From an uncultured bacterium (GTDB lineage Bacteria; Acidobacteriota; Thermoanaerobaculia; Multivoradales; JAHZIX01): a stretch of DNA of 28,517 nucleotides. Made by a program: the position numbers and the translations under genes. Shown here piece after piece: positions 16,609 to 26,000 of the stretch (position 1 is its first letter; each line of letters opens with the position of its first letter). The stretch spans positions 1-28,517 of the forward strand of contig CBDUPA010000040.1 in assembly GCA_965368975.1 (NCBI GenBank). The letters are read 5' to 3'. The notes below the pieces were generated by a model, which was given only the letters and a program-made list of their open reading frames with translations, was not told where the DNA came from and made no database searches.

Positions 16609-17840
16609 GCTCTTGCTCTCGACGGCTGGGCTCCCGCCTGGGCACCGATCGCGGCGAAGCGCTCGGCGGCGGCGTGCAAGGTCTCGACGCGCTTGCAGAA
16701 GGCGAAGCGCAAGGGTTTGATGTCGCTGCTGCCTGGATCGTGGTGGCTAGTTTTCTGGTGATGGCTTGTTTTCTGGTGATGAAAGGCGCTGGTCGGGATG
16801 GCGGCGATGCCGTGGGCTTCGATCAGGTGTTTGGCGAACGCGCGGTCGTCGCCGCCGTGCCACAGGTTCTGGAAACCGGCGCAGACGAAGTACGTGCCGG
16901 CGGGGGCCGTGACCTCGAAGCCGGCGGTCTGCAGACCGTCGACCAGCACGCGCCGCCGCTCGTCGTACTCGGCGCGGAAGTCCTGCAGATAGTTGGTCTC
17001 ACGTAGCATCTGCAGGCCCAGGGCGATGGCCTGTTGGAAGGCGCCGGAGTTGCAGAAGGTGAGGAACTGGTGCGCCGACTGCGCGGCCGCGACCAGCTTG
17101 GCCGGGCCGACCGCCCAGCCGATCTTCCAGCCGGTGAAGGAGAAGGTCTTGCCGGCGCTGGACAGCGTCAACGTGCGTTCCCACATGCCGGGCAGGGTGG
17201 CGATGGGAATGTGCTCGGTGCCGTCGAAGGTCAGGTGCTCGTAGACCTCGTCGGCCAGCACCAGCAGGTCGTGACGCTGGCACAGCTCGGCGAGACCCTC
17301 CAGCTCGGCACGGGTGAACACCTTGCCGGTGGGGTTGTGCGGCGTGTTGAGCAGCAGCAGCCGAGTGCGGGGTGTGATCAGGCGCTCGAGACGGTCGAGG
17401 TCGAGCTCGAAGTGCGGGAACTCGAGCGGCAGGTAGCGCGCCTCGGCACCGGCCAGGCGCAAGATGGGCGGATAACTGTCGTAGAAGGGTTCCAGCAGGA
17501 TGACCTCGTCGCCCGTCTCGAGCAAGCCCAGCAGCGATGCCGCCAGGCCTTCGGTGGCGCCGGAGGTGATCGCGACCTCGCTCATCGGGTCGGCTTCCAG
17601 GCCGTAGAAGTGCGAGACCATCTCGGCGATGGCGGTCACCAGCTTGGGGTGCCCCATCGATCGCACGTACTGGTTGGGACCGCGGCGCAGCTCCGCGATG
17701 GCGGCCTCGAGCAGTTCGCTGGGACCTTCGAAATCCGGGGCACCCTGGGACAGGTTGAGGGTGCCGGGTCTCTCGGCCGCCAGAGTATTGATTTCACTGA
17801 AGATGTTGGTGCCGAAGGGGGTGAGTTTGCTGCAGATCAA
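16605..17840 (-). CDS. PLP-dependent class I aminotransferase (YbdL/MtnE-like)
   Basis: NLSQGAPDF, NTPHNPTGK, DEVYE, SAGKTFSFTGWKIGW and RFAFCK motifs. TTG start with GAGGA RBS; 4-nt overlap with the amidase gene. Confidence 0.93.
   Translation of the reverse strand: MICSKLTPFGTNIFSEINTLAAERPGTLNLSQGAPDFEGPSELLEAAIAELRRGPNQYVRSMGHPKLVTAIAEMVSHFYGLEADPMSEVAITSGATEGLAASLLGLLETGDEVILLEPFYDSYPPILRLAGAEARYLPLEFPHFELDLDRLERLITPRTRLLLLNTPHNPTGKVFTRAELEGLAELCQRHDLLVLADEVYEHLTFDGTEHIPIATLPGMWERTLTLSSAGKTFSFTGWKIGWAVGPAKLVAAAQSAHQFLTFCNSGAFQQAIALGLQMLRETNYLQDFRAEYDERRRVLVDGLQTAGFEVTAPAGTYFVCAGFQNLWHGGDDRAFAKHLIEAHGIAAIPTSAFHHQKTSHHQKTSHHDPGSSDIKPLRFAFCKRVETLHAAAERFAAIGAQAGAQPSRARA
16741..16781 (-). 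repeat. In-frame 18-bp tandem duplication (HHQKTS x2)
   Basis: catcaccagaaaacaagc catcaccagaaaactagc cacca on the minus strand. Confidence 0.85.
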
Positions 17841-17880
17841 GATCTTGGTCCTCGCGGATGTTGGTGCTAGGCGGCGGGGT

Positions 17881-17888
17881 ATTATAAT
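17881..17888. promoter_or_regulatory. Palindromic ATTATAAT giving a consensus -10 on both strands
   Basis: TATAAT at 17883-17888 (+) and 17886-17881 (-) in a 56-bp divergent intergenic gap. Confidence 0.6.
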
Positions 17889-17896
17889 CTCCGTTC

Positions 17897-18460
17897 ATGA
17901 ATCCCGAAGCAGTAATTATCCCGGGAGCCGATGAAGAAGGCTTTCAGCACATCACTGAGCTCCGGAAGGCTTGTCGTGGACGTAGTCTGAAGGCTTTCAG
18001 TGAGACCTATCCGTCGCCCGCGTTGCTAGTTGTCGGCCTGGGTGCCAGCGAGCTGCAAGGGGTCGACGACGGCTCGCCTACTGACTCGCGTCCGCAGCTC
18101 TTGACCATTGCCCACAAGGGGCTGCGAGTTCTGCGCTACGTCGACCGCCTGGCCTTCCTGGTCAAGCGTCCGGGCAATCCCTTCCCCCACTTCGTGTCGT
18201 TGGGCCGTGCCGGCAACAATGACATCGTGCTCACCGTCGACTCGGTCTCCAAGGTCCACGGCTACTTCACGCACGGTGACGAGGGCTGGTCGTTCACCGA
18301 CCACGGCTCCACCAACGGTACCTTTCTCAATGGCCGCCGTCTCGACGGGGCCGCCCGCCAGCCGCTGAGCGATACGGATCAGCTACAGCTCGGCCCGGGC
18401 ATCACGCTCGAATTCTTGATGCCGGAAACGCTCTACGCTCGCCTGCAAGAATTTTCCTAG
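17897..18460 (+). CDS. FHA domain-containing protein
   Basis: LGRAGNNDIVL...VSKVHG...DHGSTNGTFLNG FHA signature. Confidence 0.92.
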   Translation: MNPEAVIIPGADEEGFQHITELRKACRGRSLKAFSETYPSPALLVVGLGASELQGVDDGSPTDSRPQLLTIAHKGLRVLRYVDRLAFLVKRPGNPFPHFVSLGRAGNNDIVLTVDSVSKVHGYFTHGDEGWSFTDHGSTNGTFLNGRRLDGAARQPLSDTDQLQLGPGITLEFLMPETLYARLQEFS

Positions 18461-18758
18461 CGTCTGCACCCGGTCTGTGCCGCGGTCGCTGCTCACCACC
18501 CGCTGCCCGCCACCCGCCACGTCTCCAAGATCGTCAGATCTTCGTCGTTGCGCCACTTTCTGGTGGCTACGAGTAGCAATGCTATGCAAATTTCTTCTCA
18601 TTTTCTTTGCCGCTATTGTCTCAGTTTACCCCTCGGTGAGCACGTGTACTCTGAAGGTGCTCAGATGATGAGCAAATTCCAACTCTGATATCAGTTCTCT
18701 GAACGCGTAACGTCGATCGAGCGAAAGCTCCCGGGGGGACTCCGGGGGTCACGAAGAT

Positions 18759-20063
18759 ATGGACGACAACCAGAAGAGTTCGGGGGGGCAGGCAACTGGC
18801 GACCACTCTGCCGACCAGGGGCACTCTGCCAGTCACGATACTGCCAGTCACGACACTGCCAGAAACGACACTGCCAGAAACGACACTGCCAGGCACGATA
18901 CTTCGAGCCATCATGCTGGGAGCCGCCACTCTCCGAGCCGGCTCAACGCGCTGCGGCTCGAAGACGATGGCGAGCGTGCCCGCAGTTACGGCGATGCGGT
19001 CAGCCGGGTGCGAGATTTGTTGCAACGCAAGCTACAGGGGCTGGCCAAGGAGCAGAGCAACGCCGAGGATCTGCTAGCCGAGCTCGACCGTCACCCGCTG
19101 GATCGCCGTCAGTGGATCGTGCGCAACAGCGCGCGCTTCCACCTGTGGAAGTTGTGCGACCTGCTGCTGAACCGCTGCGAGCGTCGCTGGCTGGATCAAC
19201 CGCGGGAGGCGCACGAGGACGCCCATGTCGCGGTCGAGGTGGCGGAGTTTCTTTCCAGTGAGACCTATAGTGCCGGCATGGTGCAGGACCTCAAGGCACT
19301 CGCCTGGGCACATCTGGCCAACACCTACCGCTTGCTCGAGCACCAGGCCGACGCCCACCAGGCGATGTTCCGCGCCCAGTTGCGCTTGCGCCGCGGCACT
19401 GGCGACACGCTGGTCACCGCGCGCATCCTGACGTTCAAGGCGATGGTGAGTTTCGAGCGCACTCAGGTCGACAAGGGCATTCAGTTGATGGAGCGCGTGA
19501 TCGCGCTCTACCAGCGCCTGGGCGAGGAGCGCATGGCCGTGCGCGGCATGATGTGCAAGGCCGAGATGATGCGCATTTCTGGTGATGCCAATGCGGCCTT
19601 CTGGTTGCTGCAGCAGGCCGGTCGTCGCTTCGACGCGCGGATCGAACCGCGGTTGCAGCTGGCCTGGTTGCAGTTGCTCACGGGGGTGCTGGTGGACACT
19701 GGCGAAGAACGCAAGGCGCGCAGCTACTTGGACCGCTTGCAGTCGTTGCAGGCAGAGGTCCCAGACGGCTTGTTGGCCATCCGCCGGCGTTGGCTGGAGG
19801 GCCGGGTCTGTGCCGCCGAGGGCGACCTCGAGCGTGCCGAGGAGCTGCTGCGCGATGCGCGGCGCAACCTCGACGACCTAGGCAAGCGTATCGAGGGCGG
19901 GCGCGTGGCGATGGATCTCGCTGATGTCTATCGTCAGCAGGGACGCCCGCGTGACTTGCGTGTCTTGCTCAAAGAGGTGGCGACTGTGGTGGCGGGACGG
20001 CTGTGCGCGCACGAGAGCGGACGCCTGTCCGCGTTGCTCGACGAAGCCGGCCTGGTGGCCTGA
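18759..20063 (+). CDS. TPR-like alpha-helical repeat protein
   Basis: Ala/Leu/Arg-rich helical repeats (AWAHLANTYR, RRWLEGRVCAAEGDLERAEELL, MDLADVY). Start uncertain because the N-terminus is low-complexity. Confidence 0.78.
   Translation: MDDNQKSSGGQATGDHSADQGHSASHDTASHDTARNDTARNDTARHDTSSHHAGSRHSPSRLNALRLEDDGERARSYGDAVSRVRDLLQRKLQGLAKEQSNAEDLLAELDRHPLDRRQWIVRNSARFHLWKLCDLLLNRCERRWLDQPREAHEDAHVAVEVAEFLSSETYSAGMVQDLKALAWAHLANTYRLLEHQADAHQAMFRAQLRLRRGTGDTLVTARILTFKAMVSFERTQVDKGIQLMERVIALYQRLGEERMAVRGMMCKAEMMRISGDANAAFWLLQQAGRRFDARIEPRLQLAWLQLLTGVLVDTGEERKARSYLDRLQSLQAEVPDGLLAIRRRWLEGRVCAAEGDLERAEELLRDARRNLDDLGKRIEGGRVAMDLADVYRQQGRPRDLRVLLKEVATVVAGRLCAHESGRLSALLDEAGLVA
18822..18902 (+). repeat. 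15-bp tandem repeat x~5 (H/N-D-T-A-S/R)
   Basis: cacgatactgccagt cacgacactgccaga aacgacactgccaga aacgacactgccagg cacgatact. Confidence 0.9.
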
Positions 20064-20094
20064 CCAGGATCCTGGCGAGCGGGTCGCGACCTGA

Positions 20095-23000
20095 CTACCG
20101 CCGACGCGGTCGTTGGCGGGCGCGCTGACGGGCCAGCGCTTCTTTGCGCCGGTCGGCCTGCGAGCGTAGTGCTCCGGCGTCGACCTTGGGCGCCGCCGTC
20201 TCGCCCGGCTGCAGGTGTTCGGCGAGAGCGGCCACCGATGGGTGCTCGAACAGCTTGACGATGCTGACCGGTAGCTCCAGCTCTTCTTCCATGCGGCTCT
20301 GCAGCTCGGCCATCAGCATCGAGGTACCGCCGAGATCGAAGAAGTTGTCGTGGATGCCCAGCTTGTCGACGCCGAGCACCTGCTTCCACACTGCCACAAG
20401 CCGCTGTTGCAGGGCGCTCTCGGCGGCGACGTAGGTGCCACCGACGGCGGCGCGGCCATCTTCGCTCAGCGGCCGGCGCGCCAGATCGGCGCGGTCGAGC
20501 TTGCCGTTGACGGTCAGTGGCAGCGCCTCGAGCAGCACGTAGGTGGCGGGCACCATGTAGTCGGGTAGGCGCTTGCCGAGGTCGGCGCGCAGGGCCGAGA
20601 CGGTCAGCTGCTCGGTGTCGGTATCGGCCGCTGCATCGGCGGCTGCGACGACGAAGGCGACCAGGCCGGTCATCTCGCCGCCTGTGCCCAGGGCGTCGGT
20701 TCCCTCGCTGCCGGGGGTTCCAGCGCCTCGACGGGCTAATACCACCGCCTCGCGCACCTGTGGCAGCGCCAGCAGCGCCGCCTCGATCTCGCCGAGCTCG
20801 ATCCTGAAGCCGCGTACCTTGACCTGGAAATCGGTGCGGCCGAGGAATTCGAGCCGGCCGTCGGTGCGCCAGCGCGCCAGGTCGCCGGTGCGATAGTGGC
20901 GGCTACCGGTGCTGCCGTACGGGTTGGGGACGAAGACTTCAGCGGTACGCCGGGGGTTGTGGTAGTAGCCACGGCCGACGGCGTGGCCGGCGATGTGGAC
21001 TTCACCGTGGGCGCCCAGCGGGACCGCGTGGCCGCCTCGGTCGAGCAGGGCGAGGGTTGAGCCCGGCACCGGTCGTCCGAGGGTTGGCGCGCTGGCTGTG
21101 CTTTCCGCAGGTCTCTCGGGCGTCGACCCGGCCGGCTCGACCACGCCGCGCATCACGCACACGGTGCATTCTGACGGACCGTAGCCGTTGTGGAAGCGGA
21201 AGCTGGCGCTCGACGGTGGCCGTTGCAGCAGGCGGTCGCCGCCGCACAGGACATGTTCGAGCGCGGTGCCGGCGGTCTCCGGATTGCCGAACTGAGGCAG
21301 TCGCAGCAGGGCTTCGGCCAGCGGGGTCGGCAGGTGCAGCAAGGTGATGCGGCAACGCTGCGCCCAGGCGGCGAGAGCACCCGGCACCTGACGCGCCGCG
21401 CGCGGTGGCAACCACAGGCTGGCACCGGCGGTCAGCGGCGGCCAGACGTCGCCGATGGCGGCGTCGAAGGCGGGGGCCGCGACGCAACTGGCGCGATGGC
21501 GAGGCGCGGTGCCGTAGATGTCGTGGTGCCAGCGACAGAACTGCGCCAGGTTGCGGTGGCGGATCATCACGCCCTTGGGGCGACCGGTGGAGCCCGAAGT
21601 GAAGATCACATAGGCGAGCCGCTCGGCGCTCGTCGGCTCCTTGGCCAGTGCCCGGTCGAGGTCGATGGTGAACTCTGCGGAGACGGCTTTGGCGACGGCA
21701 TCCGCGACGACCAGCACCCTCGGCGCCAGATCGGCGACGTTGGCCAGGTGTTGGGTATCGGTGAGGAGAACAGGGGCGTCCAGGCGGCGCACCAGGTCGC
21801 GCCGACGCTCGCTGCTGTCGGCCGGATCGAGCGGCACGAAGGCGCCGCCGGCAAACAGCGCCGCCAGCTGCGCGATGATCCATTCACGGCTCGGTTCCAG
21901 GCACACTGGCACCGGCGTCTCGGCTTCGACGCCCGCGGCTTGCAACTGTGCCGCCAGGTGCCGGGCTCGCCGCACCAGCTCCCCGTAGCTCAGGTAGGCG
22001 CGGTGTGCCGGCTCGGCCAGGGCCAGGCGGTCCGGTGCCGCCGCGGCCAGCTCGGCGATGCGTTGGTGCAGCGGCTGTGACTCCCGCGCCGGCGGTACTT
22101 CGCTCACGGTTGGCGTGTAAGCAATGTCGTTGAACTCGCGGCTCAGCTGGTGCTGCTCGGCGGCGGTCAGCAGCGGATGCGTGAGGGCCGGTGCCGCCGG
22201 GTCGGCGGTCAGCGCGCGTAGCAGGTGCTCGAAGTGGCGCGCCAGGCGCCGCAGCGTAGTACGGTCGAAGAGGTCGCGGTCGTAGACCAGGCTACCGTCG
22301 AGGACCTTTGCGGCGCCGTGTTCTTCGCTGATGGGGGTTTCGAACAGGTGCAGTTCGAGATCGAAGTGAGTGGTCTCTAGCTCCTGAGCGCGCGGGATCA
22401 GTTCCAGTTCGCCTAGGGCGAGCGCCGGAATCGGTGCGTTCTGCAGCGTGAAGGAGGCCTGGAAGATGGCGTTGCGACTGAGGTCGCGCTGCGGGTGCAG
22501 GTGTTCGACCAGCGTTTCGAACGGCAGATCCTGATGCGCGAAGGCGCTGAGCGCCGTGTCGCGCATCTGGTGCACGAAGTCATCGAAGCTGAGCGCCGCG
22601 TGCAGGCGGCCGCGCAGCGCCAGCGTGTTGACGAACATGCCGATCAGCGGTTCGATCTCGGCGTGGTTACGGTTGGCGATCGCCGAGCCGGTGACCACGT
22701 CGAGCTGGCCGCTGTAGCGTGCCATCAGCAGCTGGAAGCCGGCGGTGAGTGTCATGAAGAGGGTGGCGCCGTGACGGGCGGTGAGTCGCTGCAGGGCGGA
22801 GGTGAGGTCGGCGTCCAGGGTCAGCGGCAGTTCGGCGCCACGGAAGGCTTGCAGCTTGGGGCGCGGTCGGTCGGCTGGCAGGTCGAGGTTGGGCGCGCCG
22901 GCCAGCTGCTGGCGCCAGTAGGCGAGTTGCGCTTCCAGGACCTCGCCTTGCAGCCAGCCACGCTGCCAGATGGCGAAGTCGACATATTGCAGCGGCAGTG

Positions 23001-26000
23001 GCGGTAGCAGCGGCAGCGGTGTTGGCGTCGCGGCTACGGGCTCGCCCGGTGAGTTGTCGGTTGGAGTTGCGTACAGCTCGCGTAGCTCGCGCAGCAGCAC
23101 GCCCATCGACCAGCCGTCGGTGACGATGTGGTGCAGGGTCAGCTGTAGCTCGGCGCGCTCGCTGTCGTGGCGCAGCAGCAGGCCGCGCGCCAGTGGGCCG
23201 CGCTCCAGGTCGAAGGGTCGCGTCGAGGCGCGTGCCGCCCAGCGGTGACTCTCGCTCCGTCGGTCGTCGGGCTGCAGAGCGCCGAAGTCGATGTGTGTCA
23301 GCGCCCAACCGCTGGTGCTCGCGGGTAGGACGTGCTGATAGGGGCGCCCGTGGGCGGCCGGGAAGCAGGTGCGTAGCGACTCGTGGCGCCGCACCAGCGC
23401 GTCGAGGCAGGTGCGCAGGCGCGCCGGGTCGAGGTCGCCGACCAGCGTCCAGAGCACCGGGATGTTGTAGAACGGGTTGTCCGGCTGCATGCGGCACAGG
23501 AACCACAGGCGTTGCTGTGCGAAGGACAGCGGTGGCCGTTCGGGGCGCCCTGCGTCGGTCAGCGCCGCGGCGACGATCGGCGGCCGCACCAGGGCGGGGG
23601 CGATGTCGGGGACGGACACGATGGCCGCGCCCGCGAGCACGTCGCCAGCGGTGGAGGTGCCTGAGTGGATGCCCAATTGGTCGTCGACACGGCGCGCCAG
23701 CTGGCGCAGCGTCGGCGCCTCGAAGAGCGTGCGCAGGGGTAGCTCGACCTGGAAGTCACGGCGCAGATGTGAGACGACCTGGGTGGCGAGCAGTGAATGG
23801 CCGCCGAGCTGGAAGAAGTCGTCGTCGGCGTGCACGTCGGTGACTTCGAGCAGTCGCTGCCACAGCGCCGCCAGCTGGATCTCGGTCGGCGTGCTCGGCG
23901 GCAAGGTACCACCGCGCGGCTCGATCTCGGTCGGCGCCGAGGCGAGCAGGGCGCGGCGGTCGATCTTGCCGTTGGCGGTCAGCGGTAGCTCGGCGCGGGC
24001 CAGCAGCAGCGCCGGCACCATGTGCTCGGGCAAGCGGTCGCGCAGCGCGTCGCGCAGGGGAGCACTGTCATAGGTTTCGTGATCGCTAGTGGCGTTCTGC
24101 AGGGTGAAGAAGGCGACCAGGCGGCGGTCGCGCTGCGGATCGTCGCCGGTCTGCTGTACCAGCACCACCGCCTTGCGGATCGACGGCTGTGCCAGCAGGG
24201 CGGCTTCGATCTCGCCCAGCTCGATGCGCACGCCGCGAATCTTGACCTGGAAGTCGATGCGGCCGATGAAGTCGAGCGTGCCGTCGCCGCGCCAGCGCGC
24301 CAGGTCGCCGGTCTTGTACAGCCGGCTGCCGGCCTCGGCCTCGGAGACCGCAAGGACATTGGGCACGAAAGCCTGGGCGCTCAGGCCAGGTCGCCGGAAG
24401 TAGCCGCGAGCGATACCGGCACCTCCGATGTAGATCTCGCCGTGGGCGCCGAAAGGTGCCGGCTGCTGGTGACGGTCGAGCAGGTAGATCTGCATGTTGG
24501 GCAGCGGTCGGCCGACACCGGGTACTGCCTTGCTCCCCGGGGCGGCGGCGAGGGCCTCGGTGAAGGTGGGGGAGGGCGACACCAGGCTGTCGGTGGCCAC
24601 GACAGTCGCCTCAGTGGGGCCGTAGACGTTGAAGAAGCGATACGGTGCGTCCGCCGGTGGCCGCTGCAACAGGCGATCACCGCCGGTCATCACGGTGTGC
24701 ACCGAGGTGCCGGGCGGGAAGGGCAAGCGCACCACTGCTTCGGCCAGGGGAGTCGCGACGAAGACGATGCTGGCGCGACTGTGGTCCATCCAGGTCACCA
24801 GGTCGGGTGGCGACAGCCGTGTCATCTCGCGCGGGATGAGCAGCGTTGCGCCGGCGGCCAGGTTGGGCCAGGTGTCCCATACGGAAGCGTCGAAGGCTGG
24901 TCCCGCACCCTTCACGACGCGGTCGGTGGTGCGGATGCCCCGCGTCGTCTGGTGCCAGCGGCTGAAGTTGGCGAGCGCGCGGTGGCTGAGCATAGCCCCC
25001 TTGGGCATGCCGGTCGAGCCCGAGGTATAGAGGACGTAGGCCAAGCTTTCGAGACGCACCGGCAGGTCACGAGGGCCTGCCGCCGCAGTGCCGTCCGTGG
25101 CGGCGGCGAGCTGGGCGCGCAGCTGCGGATCGTCGAGGCAGACGGGCGTTAGCGTCAGTCCTTCCTCGGCCTGCGACGCCACGGCATCGAGGAAGCGGGG
25201 CGCCAGCTCCCGCTCGGTGAGGACGACCGGTGCCGCCAGGTCGCGAATCATGAACGGAAGGCGCTCGCTGCGGTCGCCAGGATCCTGGGGCGCGAAGGCG
25301 GCCCCGGCCTTGAGCACCGCGTACTGCGCCACGATCATGTCCGCGGACGGCGTCAGGCAGACCGCGACCGGCGTGTCCGGGCGCACGCCCTGTGCTGCCA
25401 GGCGCGTGGCCAGACATGCGGCCCGCTGGTCGAGGGCGCCGAAGCTGAGGTGAACGTCGCCGCGCTCGTCTCGGCGCTCGGCGAAGACGGCGATGGCGTG
25501 CGGTCGCGTGGCCGCCTGGTGCGCGACGTCCAGGTGCACGGCGGCCGCGGGTTGCTGCCAGGGAGCGGCGGCCCAGGCACAGCGCGTGTCGGTCAACTCG
25601 ACCAGGAGTTGCTGGCGCTCGGCGGTGGGCAGAAGGTCGAGCTGATCCAATGGCGTTTCGGGAGCGGCGAGGGCAGCGTCGAGCAGGGCGCCTAGACCCT
25701 GCATCCAGCGCGCCAGGGTCGTGCTGTCGTAGAGGTCGGCGTCGAAGTGCACCGCACCGTGTAGGCCGCCTTCGTCAAGTGGCAGCAAGTGCAGCTCGAA
25801 GTCGAAGCGCACGGATGTCGTCTCGACGTCCAGTCCCTCGGCCGTCCAGCCCGGCAAGCGCAGTTCGTCGGCCGCCGCGTTCTGCAGCGCTAGCACCACC
25901 TGCACCAGCGGCGAGCGGCTGGTGTCCCGCTCGGGCGCCAGCTCCTGGACCAGCATCTCGAAGGGCACGTCCTGGCGGTCAAAGGCGTCGAGGGCGGTGG

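Noticed and set aside
18660-18750. c-di-GMP-I riboswitch suggested by GCAAA and a GAAA tetraloop
   Set aside because: Order and pairing of the elements do not fit the consensus by eye.
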